DNA of 64,000 nt from Scenedesmus sp. PABB004 (Eukaryota). Below, piece by piece: positions 26,911 to 38,946 of this stretch. A program made the translations under genes and the position numbers. The stretch lies in the NCBI GenBank assembly GCA_014905635.1, contig JABVCE010000002.1, positions 124,001 to 188,000 of the forward strand. The letters are read 5' to 3'. Under the pieces are notes generated by a model. The model saw only the letters and a program-made list of their open reading frames with translations. It was not told where the DNA came from and searched no databases. Within the stretch, counting starts at the first letter, position 1, and the number at the start of each line of letters is the position of its first letter.

Positions 26911-28851
26911 TCACCAGTCGTGCTGCGCCACGTAGTCCCCCCACACCGCGTGCCCCGGCTCGCGGCCGTTGAAGAAGGCGTCGCCGCTCCACTCCGGCTC
27001 CTCCACGCGCAGCGACACGGCGAGCGGCTGGAGCCCCGGCGCCGCCGCCGCCGCCGCCGGCGGCGCGCCCGGCCCCGCCGCAGCCGCGGCGGCGGCGGCG
27101 GCGGTGGCGGCCGCCTTGGCGCGTGCGGCGCCGGCGGCGGCGGCGAGTGCGGCCATGCCCTCGCGCACGCTCGCCGCATGGCCGCACGCGTAGCTCGTGC
27201 CGGGCGTGGCCTCGGGCAGCGTGAGCAGGTCCAGCCGCGTGAGGCCGGGGCGCGCGGCGAGGCGGTCGAGGCTCGCGCGCAGCCCGGGGTAGTGCTTCTC
27301 GGGGCAGCACCGCCCGCACAGCAGCGCGGCGGGCAGCGCGAGGCCGCCGAGCGCGGGCAGGCGGTCGAGCTCCGCGACTAGCGCCGCGGCCTTTGTGTAG
27401 GGATAGTTGAACGTGAGCCGCGCCTCGCACAGCTCCGGCGTCGCGAGGCTGCTGCAGAGGTCGAGGAAGTCGCTCGCGCCGTCGGGGTAGGAGTTGCTGT
27501 GGAAGCTCACGCGGCGCAGGCGCCGCCACGGCGCCGCCGCAGAGTGCCCGCTCGAGCGGATGAGGAACCAGCTGCGCGCCGGCGGGGCGGGGGCGCAGGG
27601 CGCGGCGACCAGCTTGTGACGCTCGCGCGGCGCCGCGCGCTGGCCGCCCAGGCCTGCCAGTGCCGCCGCGGACTGCGCGCCGCGCCCGGCGGCGGCGCCC
27701 GCACCTGCGGCTGCTGAACCAGTTGCGCCCCCGCATCGCGCGCAGGCCCGGCAGGCGCGCGAGCAGCTCGTCGTAGCCGGCGGCCTCGCGGGCACCGCCG
27801 CCCGCCGACACCTGCACAGCCCGGGCGCGGGCGAGGCGGCGGCGGTCGTGCGTAGGGGCGGCGGCGCAGGCAGGCGCCAGCGGCGCGCGGCGGCCGGTGT
27901 CTCACAGTCCCAGGGCCGCGGGCCGCCCACCTGAGGCACGCGGAAGAGCACGCGCAGCGCCGGGAACGCCGTGCCAAACGCGGCGGCCGCCTGCGCCGCG
28001 GTCGCCGCGGACGCCACGCTCACGGCCTGGCCGCCAAAGTGCGTGCAGCGGGGGAGCACCGCCGGCGGCGCTGGCGCCGGCGGCGCCGCCGGCGTGGCGT
28101 CCGCGCCGGCCTGCGCCTGCTGCGCCGCGCCGCCGTCGTCGGGCTCGCCCTGCTGCGCCGGCGGCGGCGCCGGCGGCGGCGGGCCGATCTCGAGCCGCCG
28201 GCAGCCCAGCTGCTCCAGGTTGGGCGCGAACGCGGCGATGGCGGCCAGGTCTGCGGGGAACTCGTTGCTGAGGAACGACGCGGCGCGCAGGCGCGGCAGC
28301 ACCAGCCCCGCCGGCAGCACGCCGGGCTCCTCGAGGTCCAGGCGCGTCAGCGCGCCAAGGCAGGCCGCGCAGCCGGGCGGCAGGCGGCACGGCTCGCCGT
28401 CCGACGCGGGGAGCCGCAGGCTCGTCAGGCGCGGCAGCTCCGCGACGACCGCCGCAAACGCCGCCCAGTCGTGCGAGTGCGCGGCGCCGCCGCCTGGCTC
28501 GTCGCTGCCGCCGGCCGCGGCGGCGCCAGGCAGGCAGAAGTCGAGGTCCAGGCGCGCCACGTGGCGCAGCCGCCCCGCCGCCGTGAGCGGGCGTGCCGGC
28601 CAGCCGCGCAGGCGCACCCCCACGACGAGCGGGTCCGCCGCGTGCGCCCACGCCCGCCCCGCCAGGCGCAGCGTGCCGAGCTCGGCGCGCGGAACGCGGC
28701 GCACCACGTGAGTGATCACGCACGCCGGCAGGGCCGGGAGCTCGCCGACGCTGCTCACGCACGCCGGCGAGGCTGGCTGCGCCGGCGCCGGCGCGTCGCC
28801 GCCTGGCTCGAGCGCCACGGCGCCCTGGGTGCCCCAGGATGCCCCCGGCAT
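26911..28851 (-). CDS. F-box-like/LRR-like protein
   Basis: LPALPACVITHVV...LGTLRLAGRAW F-box-like segment, followed by LxxLxL repeats (LPRLTSLRL, LTRLDL, LEQLGC). Two GT-AG introns near 27930-27811 and 27704-27573. Confidence 0.55.
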   Translation of the reverse strand: MPGASWGTQGAVALEPGGDAPAPAQPASPACVSSVGELPALPACVITHVVRRVPRAELGTLRLAGRAWAHAADPLVVGVRLRGWPARPLTAAGRLRHVARLDLDFCLPGAAAAGGSDEPGGGAAHSHDWAAFAAVVAELPRLTSLRLPASDGEPCRLPPGCAACLGALTRLDLEEPGVLPAGLVLPRLRAASFLSNEFPADLAAIAAFAPNLEQLGCRRLEIGPPPPAPPPAQQGEPDDGGAAQQAQAGADATPAAPPAPAPPAVLPRCTHFGGQAVSVASAATAAQAAAAFGTAFPALRVLFRVPQVGGPRPWDCETPAAARRWRLPAPPPLRTTAAASPAPGLCRCRRAAVPARPPATTSCSRACRACARCGGATGSAAAGAGAAAGRGAQSAAALAGLGGQRAAPRERHKLVAAPCAPAPPARSWFLIRSSGHSAAAPWRRLRRVSFHSNSYPDGASDFLDLCSSLATPELCEARLTFNYPYTKAAALVAELDRLPALGGLALPAALLCGRCCPEKHYPGLRASLDRLAARPGLTRLDLLTLPEATPGTSYACGHAASVREGMAALAAAAGAARAKAAATAAAAAAAAAGPGAPPAAAAAAPGLQPLAVSLRVEEPEWSGDAFFNGREPGHAVWGDYVAQHDW

Positions 28852-29226
28852 GGCTTGAGGAGCTGCGCGGGGGCCCTGCGCGCGCGGGGGCGGGTGCGCG
28901 CCCAAGCCGCGAGCCGAGCAGCACGCTAACGCGCAGAAAGAGCCTGCGCGGCAGCTGCGATCGCCTTGCCGTCGGATGTGTGGAGCACAGCCGGCGGGCG
29001 GGGCGGCGAGGCGCAGCGGACGGGGAGCGCGCGGCTCGGCGGACCGCGAAGAACCGGTGCGCGCGCATCGGCTGCACGCTCTCGTTGCCCGCGCCGTCGC
29101 ATCACGGTCGCGCCACGCACTCTCGCTCGGCCTCGCTAAGTCGCCGCCGCCGCACGCCACCCGCTGCCGCACCCGCCCGGCCGAGCCTGGGAGCTCGGCG
29201 CGCGGCCGCCTCGTGTGTGCCCCTCC

Positions 29227-32200
29227 TCACCTGCGGCCCCGCCCGCGGCCGCCGCCGCCGCGGCCGCCGTGCGGCGTGCCGCGCCCGCCGCCGCGCCCGC
29301 CGCTGCCGCCGCGGCCCATGCTGAAGCCGGGGCTGCCGCCGCCCCGGCCGCCGCCGCGGCCGCCGCCGCGGCCGCCGTAGCCGCCGCCGCTGCGGCCGTA
29401 GCCGCCGCCGCCGTCGCCGTAGCCGCCGCCGCCAAAGCCGCCGGTCGCAAAGCCCTCACGCTCCTTGAGCTCGGGCAGCCCGGTCGGCACGAGCAGCACG
29501 GGCGGCTTCTGCCCCGCCGGCCGGCGGTCGCCGTCGGCCTCGCCCGCGTCGGCCGCGCCCTCGCCGCACTGGGCGATGAACTCGGGCACGTGCTGGCTGG
29601 GCACGTCAAACACGGCGCCGCAGCCGTCGGCGGTCAGCGTCATGCGCCGCACCTCCTCGACCAGCGGCTCCGGCAGGCGGCGCCGCAGGAAGGTGAAGAC
29701 GTACCCCGGCTTCTGCACCTCCCACCCCGCCCTGCGGCGGCGGGCGGCGGCCGCGGCGGTGAGCGCATGCGTGCGGCTGCGCCCTGCGGTGCACGCGGCC
29801 GCGTCCCCGGCCCTGGCCCTTGCCCTTGCCCCGACCCCGGCCCTGGCCCGCCGCGCCGCGCCGCCGCGCCGGGCCGCCGGGCTCACTTGAACATGAGGGT
29901 CGTGAAGCCGTCATGCGCGGTGAGCAGGCTGCGCGCGCGCATGCCGGTCTGGCCGGTGATCTTGGCCAGCGCGAGCGCGAGCGCCTCGGCCGGGTCGCCG
30001 ACCTCGGCCAGCCACGCCTCGGCGGTGTCCTTGAACCAGCCGACCGTGGCCTTGTCCACCTCGCGCAGCATCTCCAGCGCGCGCCCCGCCGCGATGCCCG
30101 CCATCTCGGCCGGCTGCGGCGCGCCGACGCGCTCAAACTTGAAGCCTGGGCGGCGACGCGGCGCCGGCGGCGGCGGCGCACGGGGCGGCGCGTCAGCCAG
30201 GCCCGGCGCGCGCCCCGGGTGGCCCGCCGCGCCCGCCCCGCCCCGCCCGCCGCCAGGCTATTTCGGCGCGCACCCGCTTTCTTCTCAATGTAGGGGATGC
30301 GCTCCTCGTGCTTGCGGCCGACGAGCGTGATGCACACGCCCGTGTGGCCCGCGCGCCCGGTGCGGCCGCTGCGGTGGATGTAGGTCTCGGGGTCCTTCGG
30401 CGGCTCAACCTGCACCCGGCGGCGCGGCGGGCGAGTCCGCGGCGTGGGGCGCGGCGGGCGGCGCGGCGCGGGGCCACGGCACGCGAGCGCGAGCGCAGAG
30501 GGGGGAGGGGCTGCGCGCGCGGCGTGCGAGCGGGCTGTCAGCGCGCTGGTCGCGGCGGCCGGCACTGGCGGCGGCCGGCCGCGTGGAGAGCCAGGTGCGC
30601 TGCGGGGGTCGCTGTCGCTCCAAAGGAAGCCGGGTAGCCCACGGGGGTGGGGCGCACCAGCCCTAGTAGGAGCTAGCAGGGAGGGAAGGGCTGCGCCCGC
30701 GTCCCGCCTGGTCACCCCCCTCTGCCTGCCCGCTCCCCTGGCAGGCCTAGCCGCCCCCCCCTGGATTGCCCCGGGCGCCGCACCTGGATGACCAGCTCCA
30801 CGCCGCTGATGTCCAGCCCGCGCGCCGCAACGTCCGTCGCGACGAGCACGCTGAACTTGCCGCTGCGGAAGCCCGCCAGCGTGGCCTCGCGCTGCGCCTG
30901 CGCGATGTCGCCGTGCAGCGCGCTGCGCGTGGCGGCGGGCGGCGGCGGGCGGGCGGGCCGTGAGCCCCGCGCGCCGGCGTGCGCCGCGGCGCGCGCGGCT
31001 GCCAGGCCCCCGCCGCGCGCGCGGCTGCCGCCCCCCCCCCCCCCCCCTCTGCGCGCGCTCACCGCGCGCCGACGACCTCGCTGAGGCTGCCCGCGAGCTC
31101 GTTGGCGTCGTTCTTGGTCTCCGTGAACACGATGGACCGCCCGCCGCAGCCGTAGCAGGCGACCAGGTCGGTCACGAGGCTCACGCGCTGCGTCCAGTGC
31201 GCCGGCAGCATGAGGTGGCGCACCGTCGTCGCCGCCTGCGGCCGGGGGCGCGGCGGGCGGGCGGGCGGCGGCGGCGTCGGGGCTCCGCCCCGCACTGCTC
31301 GCCGCGGGCGCGCGGGCCGCGGCGAGCCACTGCGCGCGCCGGGGGCCAAGGCAGCGCGGGCAGGCAGCGTGCTGTACGCGCTGTGCGTCCTGTGCGCGCC
31401 GCGCGCGCCTTGAGCTTGTCGTCGCCGACGAGGTCCACCAGCTTGTGGCCCTTGGTGAGGAAGCGGCGCGTGATGTCGCGCACCCAGGTCGGCATGGTCG
31501 CGCTGAACAGCAGCGTCTGCAGCGTGCCGCCGCCCGCGTTCTTGCCCGGCTCGGGCGCGGCGCCGTCCTTGGCGCCCGCGTTGAGGATCTTCTCGACGTC
31601 ATCCACAAACCCCATGTTGAGCATCTCGTCGCACTCGTCCAGCACCCTGCGTTGAGGGGTGTGGAGGTGTGTGTGAGGAGGCGTGTGCGTGGGAGCGCGT
31701 GCATGCGGGTGGGCGACGGCCGCGTGCGTGCGGGTCCGGCAGCGGGGAGGCGCCAGCCGAGCGCGAGCGGCGGCACGCGCGCGCGCCTGAAGCGCAGCTG
31801 CCCGAGCTTGAGGCTGCCGCGCTCCATGTGGTCCTTCACGCGCCCCGGCGTGCCGACCACGACGTCCACGCCGCGGCGCAGCGCGCCTTCCTGCGGGCCG
31901 TAGGGCGTGCCGCCGTAGAGGCAGACTGTGGAGAGGCCGGCCGCCTGGCCGATGTACTCAAAGTCGGCGTGCACCTGCGCGGGAGGGGGAGAGGGGGGCG
32001 GGCACGGGGCGGCGGCGGCAGCGGCGCGTGAGCGCTGCCCCGGCAGCCGCCGGCAGCCGCCGGCAGCCGCCAGCAGCCGCCGCCGCCGCCGCCGCCGCCG
32101 CCCCCGCCGCGTCGGCGCGCCTGCTTGGCGAGCTCGCGCGTCGGCGCGAGCACGATGACCGCCGGCGCGCGGCCAAAGGGCCGGCGCCCGCTGGACGCCG

Positions 32201-32699
32201 CGCCGTCGGCGAGGCTCTGCACGATGGGCAGCACAAACGCGAGCGTCTTGCCGCAGCCCGTGCGCGCGCGGCCGACGACGTCCTTGCCCTCCAGCACGGT
32301 GTCGAAGCACGCCGCCTGGATGGCAAACAGGGCCTCGATGCCCTTGCTGCGCAGGAGGCTCTTGATGGGCTCGCTCAGCGCAAAGTTGTCGAGCGCGAGC
32401 GGCTCCGGCGGCGGCGCGGCCGTCGCCGCCGGCGCCGCCGCGGCCTCCTCCGCGCCGCCGTCGCTGCTCGCCGGCTCGGCGTCGCTCGCGGCGGCCTTGG
32501 CGGCCTTCTTGGCGGCCTTCTCGGCCTTGCGGGCCTTCTTGGCGGCGTCGCCGCCGTCGGCGGCTGCCGCCGCCGCCGCCTCGGCCTTGCGCTTCTTCTT
32601 GGCGCCCTTCTCCGCGCTCCCGCCCGGTGACGCGGCGGTGGGGGAGTCGGCCTCCTTACGCGCCCGCTTGCCGGCCTTGCCGGCCTTCGTGGCCGACAT
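29227..32699 (-). CDS. RH7: DEAD-box RNA helicase RH7/DDX21 family (GUCT domain, RGG tail)
   Basis: K-rich N-terminus, [45 protein letters not shown]-like region ([12 protein letters not shown]...AVFDVP) and RGG tail. 8 exons, 3 GC donors. Confidence 0.92.
30585..30720 (-). ncRNA. Candidate structured intronic RNA element in RH7 intron (30783-30410)
   Basis: Hand-folded nested stems on the pre-mRNA strand and base composition unlike neighbouring introns (see findings). Confidence 0.35.
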
Positions 32700-32940
32700 G
32701 GCGACCTCGCCCGGCGGCCGGGCGCTGGTTGTCCTCGCGCGCGTTGCGGCGCGGTCGTGGCGCTGGGTGCGGGCTCCCGGGAGGTGGGGCGGGGTGTCTG
32801 CGACCTGGGGGCGGCGGCGCGGAGCTGGGGGCGGCTCCTGCGCGGGCGAGGCGGGTTGTCACACGGCGCATCGCGCGCTCGCGCCGCCGGCGGCGCGCAC
32901 GCCCCGGGGGCGCGCCACGCGCCGGCCCACAGCAGCAGCC

Positions 32941-35435
32941 ATGGCGTCGCTACAGCTGCGCAACTGGGCGGTGTGCTCGCGCAGCGACAGCATCATGTCC
33001 GCGCGCGCCCCCCGGCCGCGCGCGCTGCTGCAGCGGCAGGGCTGCTGCGCTCTCCCCCTGCGGCTCTGTCGCTCGCGCACGACGGCGGTGCGGCCCGCGG
33101 CGGCAGCGCAGGTCGAGGAGGCAGCAGCAGCGGCCGGGAACGGCAACGGCGGCGTCGCGCACGACAACCACTACAAGGAGCCGGTGCTCGCGCCCTCCAC
33201 GCTCACCGTGCACGGGTGCGCGGCCCCGCCGGCGCAGCGCCCGGCCCTTGGCGCGCGCCGCGCCCCGCGTGCCCGCCCGCGCCCGCCAGGGCCGCCCGCG
33301 CCCTGATCCGGGGGCCGCGCGGGCGGTGCGCAGCCAGCGGCGGCGCGGCGAGGGCCGGCGCGGCGCCGGCGCGGGCGCGGGCGCGGGCGCGGCGCTGCTG
33401 CTGCTGCAGCCGCCGCCGGGCCGGCGCGGCGCCGCGGCGGCAGCATTGCCTGCGGCGGCCGCGGCGCCGGCGCCGCTGGCGCGCCGCGCACCTGCGGGCG
33501 CCCCCCGCCGTGCGCGCCATGCGCGGCCGCGGCACGCGGGGGGAGGGGCGCCGACCGCCGCGCGCCGCCGCGCGGCTGCCGCTGCGCCCCGCCCTGTGCC
33601 GCCGCCGCCGCGCCGCGCGCCCACCCCGGCGCCCCCGCCCCGCGCGCGCCCTCTCTCTCGCGCGCCCCGCAGCGGCGAGCGCGCAGGGCGCATGCGCCAG
33701 GGCCTGCTGGACAGCCTGACGACGCCGATCGTGCAGACGAGCACGTACACGTTCAAAAACACGGCCGAGCTCATCGCGTACCAGGAGGGCCGGCACGGGA
33801 GCTTTGAGTACGGGCGCTACGGCAACCCCACGGCGCGCGTGGTCGAGGAGAAGATCATGGCGCTCGAGGGCGCGGAGGACGCGCTGCTCAGCAGCAGCGG
33901 CATGTGCAGCGCGACGACGATGCTGCTCGCGCTCGTGCCGCAGGGCGGGCACATCGTCACCACGACCGACTGCTACCGCCGCACGCGCCAGTGAGACGCG
34001 CGGCGCGCCGGCGCCGCGGCGGCGCGGCGCCGGGGCACGCATGGCGCCGCGGCAGCTGGCGCAGCGGGGCGAGCTGCGCCGCGGGCGAGCGCGCCCAAAG
34101 GCGGCAGCGGGCCGCGGCGGCCGCACTTAACGCCGCGCCGCGGCCGCCGCCTTCACCACCGCCACCAGGTTCATCCAGACCGTGCTGCCCAAGATGGGCA
34201 TCAGCTGCACCGTGCTCGACCCGTCCGACCTCGCCGGCCTCGCGCGCGCGCTCGAGGCGCACAAGGTCTCCCTCTTCTTCAGCGAGTCGCCGACCAACCC
34301 CTACCTGCGCTGCGTCGACATCCCCGCGATCGCCAAGCTCTGCGCCGCGACCGACACGATCGTCTGCATCGACAGCACCTTTGCCACGCCCGTCAACAGC
34401 CGCGCGCTCGCGCTCGGCGCCGACCTCGTCATCCACTCGGCGACCAAGTACCTCGCCGGGCACAACGACGTCCTCGCCGGCGCGATCGCGGGCAGCGCCG
34501 ACCTCGTGGAGCAGGCGCGGCGCGGCGGCGCGGCGGCGCGGCGCGCGGCGCGGCGGCGGCGCGGCGGCGCGGCGGCGCGGCGGCGGCGCGCGCGCCGGCG
34601 GCGCGGCTCACCGCCGCCCGCGCGCCCGCGTCCCCGCGCGGGCTCAGGTGCGTTCGATGCACAACATCCTGGGCGGCGTGATCGACGCGCACGCGGCCTA
34701 CCTGCTGCTGCGGGGCATGAAGACGCTCGGCCTGCGCGTGGAGCACCAGAACCGCACCGCGCTCGAGCTCGCGCGCCGCCTGGAGGGCCACCCCAAGATC
34801 TCGCGCGTCCACTACCCCGGCCTGCCGAGCCACCCCGACCACGCGATCGCGTGCCGGCAGATGACCGGCTTTGGCGGCGTCATCTCGTTCGAGGCGCGCG
34901 GCGCCCGCGGCCGCGCAGCGGCGCCCCAGCACCAGCGGCGCGGCGCTGCGCACGCCCCAGGCGCTGGCGTGCCCGTGCGCTGCTGCGTCCTTGCCGTCCC
35001 GCTCACGCCGCCGCGCTCACGCCGCCGGCCCGCGCCGCGCACGGGCGCGCAGGTCAAGGGCGACCTGTGGAAGACGGCCGCGTTCATCGATGCCGTCGCG
35101 CTGCCCTACATCGCGCCCAGCCTGGGCGGCGTGGAGAGCCTCATCGAGCAGCCCACCATCATCAGCTACTGGGACCAGGCGCGTGCAGCGCGGCGCGGCG
35201 CGGCGGCGCGCTCCCGCGGCAGCCGCCGCCGTGCGAGGGGCCGGGCGCGCGCGCCGACCGCCGAGAGCGCGCGCCGACCGCCGGGCGCTGACCGCCGCTG
35301 CCGCCGCCGCGTGCGCAGGGGCCTGAGAAGCGCGCCGAGATCGGCATCAAGGACAACCTGGTGCGCTTCAGCTGCGGCGTGGAGGACAAGGAGGACATCT
35401 GGGCAGACATCGTCCAGGCGCTGGACAAGATCTGA
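32941..35435 (+). CDS. CGS: Cystathionine gamma-synthase, plastid
   Basis: TTPIVQTSTYTF, FEYGRYGNPT, SSGM, ESPTNP, IDSTFATP, HSATKYLAGHNDV (PLP lysine), IAPSLGGVESLIEQP, LVRFSCGVED. 6 exons; GC donors at 34515, 34894 and 35179. Confidence 0.95.
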
Positions 35436-36543
35436 GACCCAGCCACCCCCCCGCGGCGGCAACGCGCCGCGCGCCCCGGCCGCCGCGGCGCGCCGGCCGA
35501 GGGAGGGGGGAGGCGGGAGGCCGGCGGGCACGGCCGCCGCCGCGGCCGTGCCGCGCCGAGCCGCGCCGGGACGCGACGACGGCGGCGCGGGCGAGCGTGT
35601 ACAGTAGATTTAGTGCTGCCCGGCGGTGACATGCGGCGCGCCGCGGCCAAGCAGCGCAGGGCGCACGGGCGTCACTGCTGGGCGCTGCTGCGCGGCGCTG
35701 CACGATTCCTTGCGCGCGCGGGGTCGTTCGCGGCGGGGCGTGCACGCAGGGGGGCGGTCGGGGTGGGCGTGCTGTGCACGCCCCGGACGCTTCGGGCGGG
35801 CTGCATGGCCGGGCGGCGCTCTCTGCGCGCAGCGTGCTCATCTCCAATCGCCCGCAGCGCGCGCGCGCGCGCGCGTGGGTGGGCTGTAGCCTAGGCAGGC
35901 TCGGCGGACATTCTGACAGTGTCGCGTGTTGCCCTTGTGACACGCGCGTTCTCTGCCCCCGCCACACGCGCGCCGCCACGCCACGCAGCCCACCAGCTAG
36001 CGCCCGCTGCTACGCACCGCGCCGGTGCACGCCGCCGCCATGAACCCCAGTAAAGTGTGGCCAAGTTGGCCAGAGTCCAGCAGAAGCTCGGTCAGGGCCC
36101 AACCCTGAGCACCTCCCCCGCCCGGTCGGGCCTCGCACACCTCGAGGTGGGAGCTCCCCAATCCCCATTGGAAGCGCATTGCCATGGGCGGCGGTGAGCT
36201 AGCAGCGCTGCCGGGCCAGACGCTGGGCAGCGCGCCCAGCGCCTGGCCATCGCAAGAGATTGCAGCCCTCTCGCAGACACGGCTGCCGCGGCATCAACAA
36301 ACCAACAGAGCTCTCGACCAACTCCTTGCGCGGGTCCCTGCGTCACAGCGTTGTGCGCGGCGACGGGCGGGAGTGCCACGCCCCTCGTCGCGCGCGTGCG
36401 TTGGGCGTCGGCGGTGGCCCGCTGCAGCCTGGGAGCTCGGCGCTGCCTGCACAAGCAATCCCGCGGTCCTGGTCAAGCAATCCTGCACGCCCTGGTCAAC
36501 GCGGCACACACCCAACACCAAGCTGCGCCCGCGGCCGGCGCCC

Positions 36544-37126
36544 TCACGGCCCCGCCGGCGCGGGCGCCGCCGCGCTCGGCGCCTGCCCCGCCGTCGCCAT
36601 CGCGGTCGCGGGCGTCGACGCGGCGACGCGGTTGACGCTGGAGAGCGTGAACACGTACTCGGTGCCCGCGCGCAGCCCGCGCGCCGCGTACACGCCGCCC
36701 GCGCTCGCGGGCACGCTGACCGCGTCCAGCACGCGCTCGCCGCTGCGCAGCTCGTAGCCGTCCAGCTGGTAGCGCTCCACGCACGCGCCGCCGTCGCCGT
36801 CGCGCCAGCGCAGCGTGATGACGTCCGACCCGGGCGCCCCGGCGGCCGCAAACTCGGCCGGCGCGGCCGGCTCCGACGCCGACGCGCAGCCCGCGGGCGC
36901 GGCCGCGGCCGCCGGCTCCGGCGCGGGCAGCGCCGCCGCCGCGGGCGGCGCCGCCGCCACGGCTTGCGCCGCCGCCGGCGCGGGCGCGCCTGGCGCGGGC
37001 GCAGGCGCGTAGCCGCCGAAGAGGCCAAAGAGGCCGAAGAAGCCCCACGACGCCGGGGCGGGGGCCGGCGCGGGCACGGGAGCCGCCACGGGCTCTGCCG
37101 CCACGGGCCGCGCCGCCACGGGCTGA

Positions 37127-37160
<34 letters not shown>

Positions 37161-38010
37161 GCCTGGCCGCCGGCGCGGGCGCGGGGGTGGCGGGCCTGGC
37201 CGCTGGCGCGGCCTTGAACGCGCAGCTCGCGCCGCCCTCCCAGCCCCAGAGGCGGCCGGCGGAGTCCTTGTTGGTCGTCGAGGTGCGCGCGTCGCCCTTG
37301 CACGCGGGGGCCGACGCCCAGGCGTCGCGCGCCGGCGCCGCCACCGCCGCCGCCGCCGGCGCCGAGCGGTACGCGCAGCTCGCGCCGCCCTCCCAGCCCC
37401 AGAGCCGGCCCTGCGCGTCGCGGCCGGCCGCCGCGCCCGGCGCGCCCTTGCACGCGGGCGCGCGCGCCCAGGCGTCGCCGCCGGCCGGCGGCGCCGGCGC
37501 CGCGCGGCCGCCCCCGGCGCCGCCGCCGCCAGACGTCTGCACTGCCACGACCGCCATGTCGCCAAGGTTAGCGGCCAGCGCGGCGACGTTGAACTGGTAC
37601 CGCCCGCCCGGCCGCAGCCCGCTCGCGGTGAACTCGCGCGCGTCGGCGCCCACCGCGCTGCTCGCGACCTTGGCGCCTGCGCGCACGGGGGGGGGGGGGG
37701 GGGGGGGAGGCGCCGCGGGTGACGCTTCGGCGGCGGGCGAAGGCCCCGCGCGCTCGCAACGAGCCTCCGGCCGGCGCCGCGCACCCGAGGACTGGTCGTA
37801 CACCTCTACGCGGTAGCCGCGCAGGCAGGCGCCGTTGGCGCTCGGCGCCGCCCAGACCAGCTTTGCGCGGCTGCTGTCGCCGCCGATGAGCCAGGCCTTG
37901 ACCTCGCGCGGCGCGCCCGGCCGCGCGGAGGCGTCGCACTGCGCGTGAACGCGTGCGCCGGCGCACAGCACCAGGGCCGCGACCAGCGCGGCGCACGCCA
38001 GGGAGTGCAT
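36544..38010 (-). CDS. Secreted FN3 + 2x CBM10-like (WGWEGGASC) + Pro/Ala-linker protein, paralog 1
   Basis: Signal peptide. FN3 motifs (W..P...GY.V; GLRPGGRYQFNVAA; GLRAGTEYVFTLSSVN). Two W..APACKG...D..GRLWGWEGGASCA modules. Exons 38010-37785 and 37676-36544. Confidence 0.8.
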
Positions 38011-38946
38011 CCTGCGCCGGCCGCCAAGGCCGCTCTACGGCGCGCACGGGCTGCGCCGGGGCTCGCGCGCAGTCGCGACGTAGCACAAAAAACTGCGCGC
38101 GGCTCGGTGGCACGTGTGGTGAGAGAGCACGCGGTCCCACGAGCGCGCGCGCGGTCCGACTGTCGTCGCGCGCCTTGGCTGCCGGCGGGGGCCGCAAGCA
38201 ATGCTGCGGCGTCTTGGACGAGCAAACCCAAAGTAAAGGCTGCCGAACCTGCGGAGCCAAACGGCCGGACGCCTGGTCCAGCGTGCGTCAGGGCTCAGAG
38301 CAGCGGCGTAACTTTCGTTCCGCCGGCGGCGGCTCCACCTCGCGCTGCAACCTGCTCACGACATGCCAGCCACTCTGCCGCCGCGCCGCCTGCGGCGCGG
38401 CCGCCAGGGCCGCAGCCAGGCTGCGCACAGCACGCCGCGCGACGCCGCACCCCGCTCCTCCACAGAGTCGCCCTCTCTCTCTCTTCTTCTTTTTCTTGTC
38501 CTAGCATCGTGAACCCCTGCAGCGCACGACCAAAAGAGGAGCCACCCCTGCAGCGCCCCACGACTCTGGTGCCTGACCTGCTGATGGTTTTATTGGTATG
38601 CATGAGCCCAGCCGCGGGTGGGTGCACGTGCGCCACAGCTGCGCGCACAAACCGGTCCCCCCGACTTTCTGCCTGCCCGCCCACCTGCACAGCGCTGTCC
38701 AGAGCAGCAAAGCGTCCGCGCTCAGCGTGGCTACCGACGCCGCGTGCAGCTCCTGCAGCTGCCGCGGCCCCCGTGCGCGCGGCCGGCGCCACGCGGTGGC
38801 GCCGGCGCGCCGCGCGGGCGGCCAATCCGGCCGCCGCGGCACGATACCCTTGCGACCGCGCCCCCGAGCTGACCCGAGCTGCCCCCTGCCCGCCCGCGCC
38901 CTCCCGCTCCTCGCCGTCATGTTTCGCCCCCGCCGCGCCCCGGCGC

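Noticed and set aside
32941..33672. MTO1-type SAM-responsive arrest peptide or riboswitch in CGS exon 1/intron 1
   Set aside because: No RRNCSNIGVAQ-like motif, and the long first intron has ordinary GC-repeat texture.
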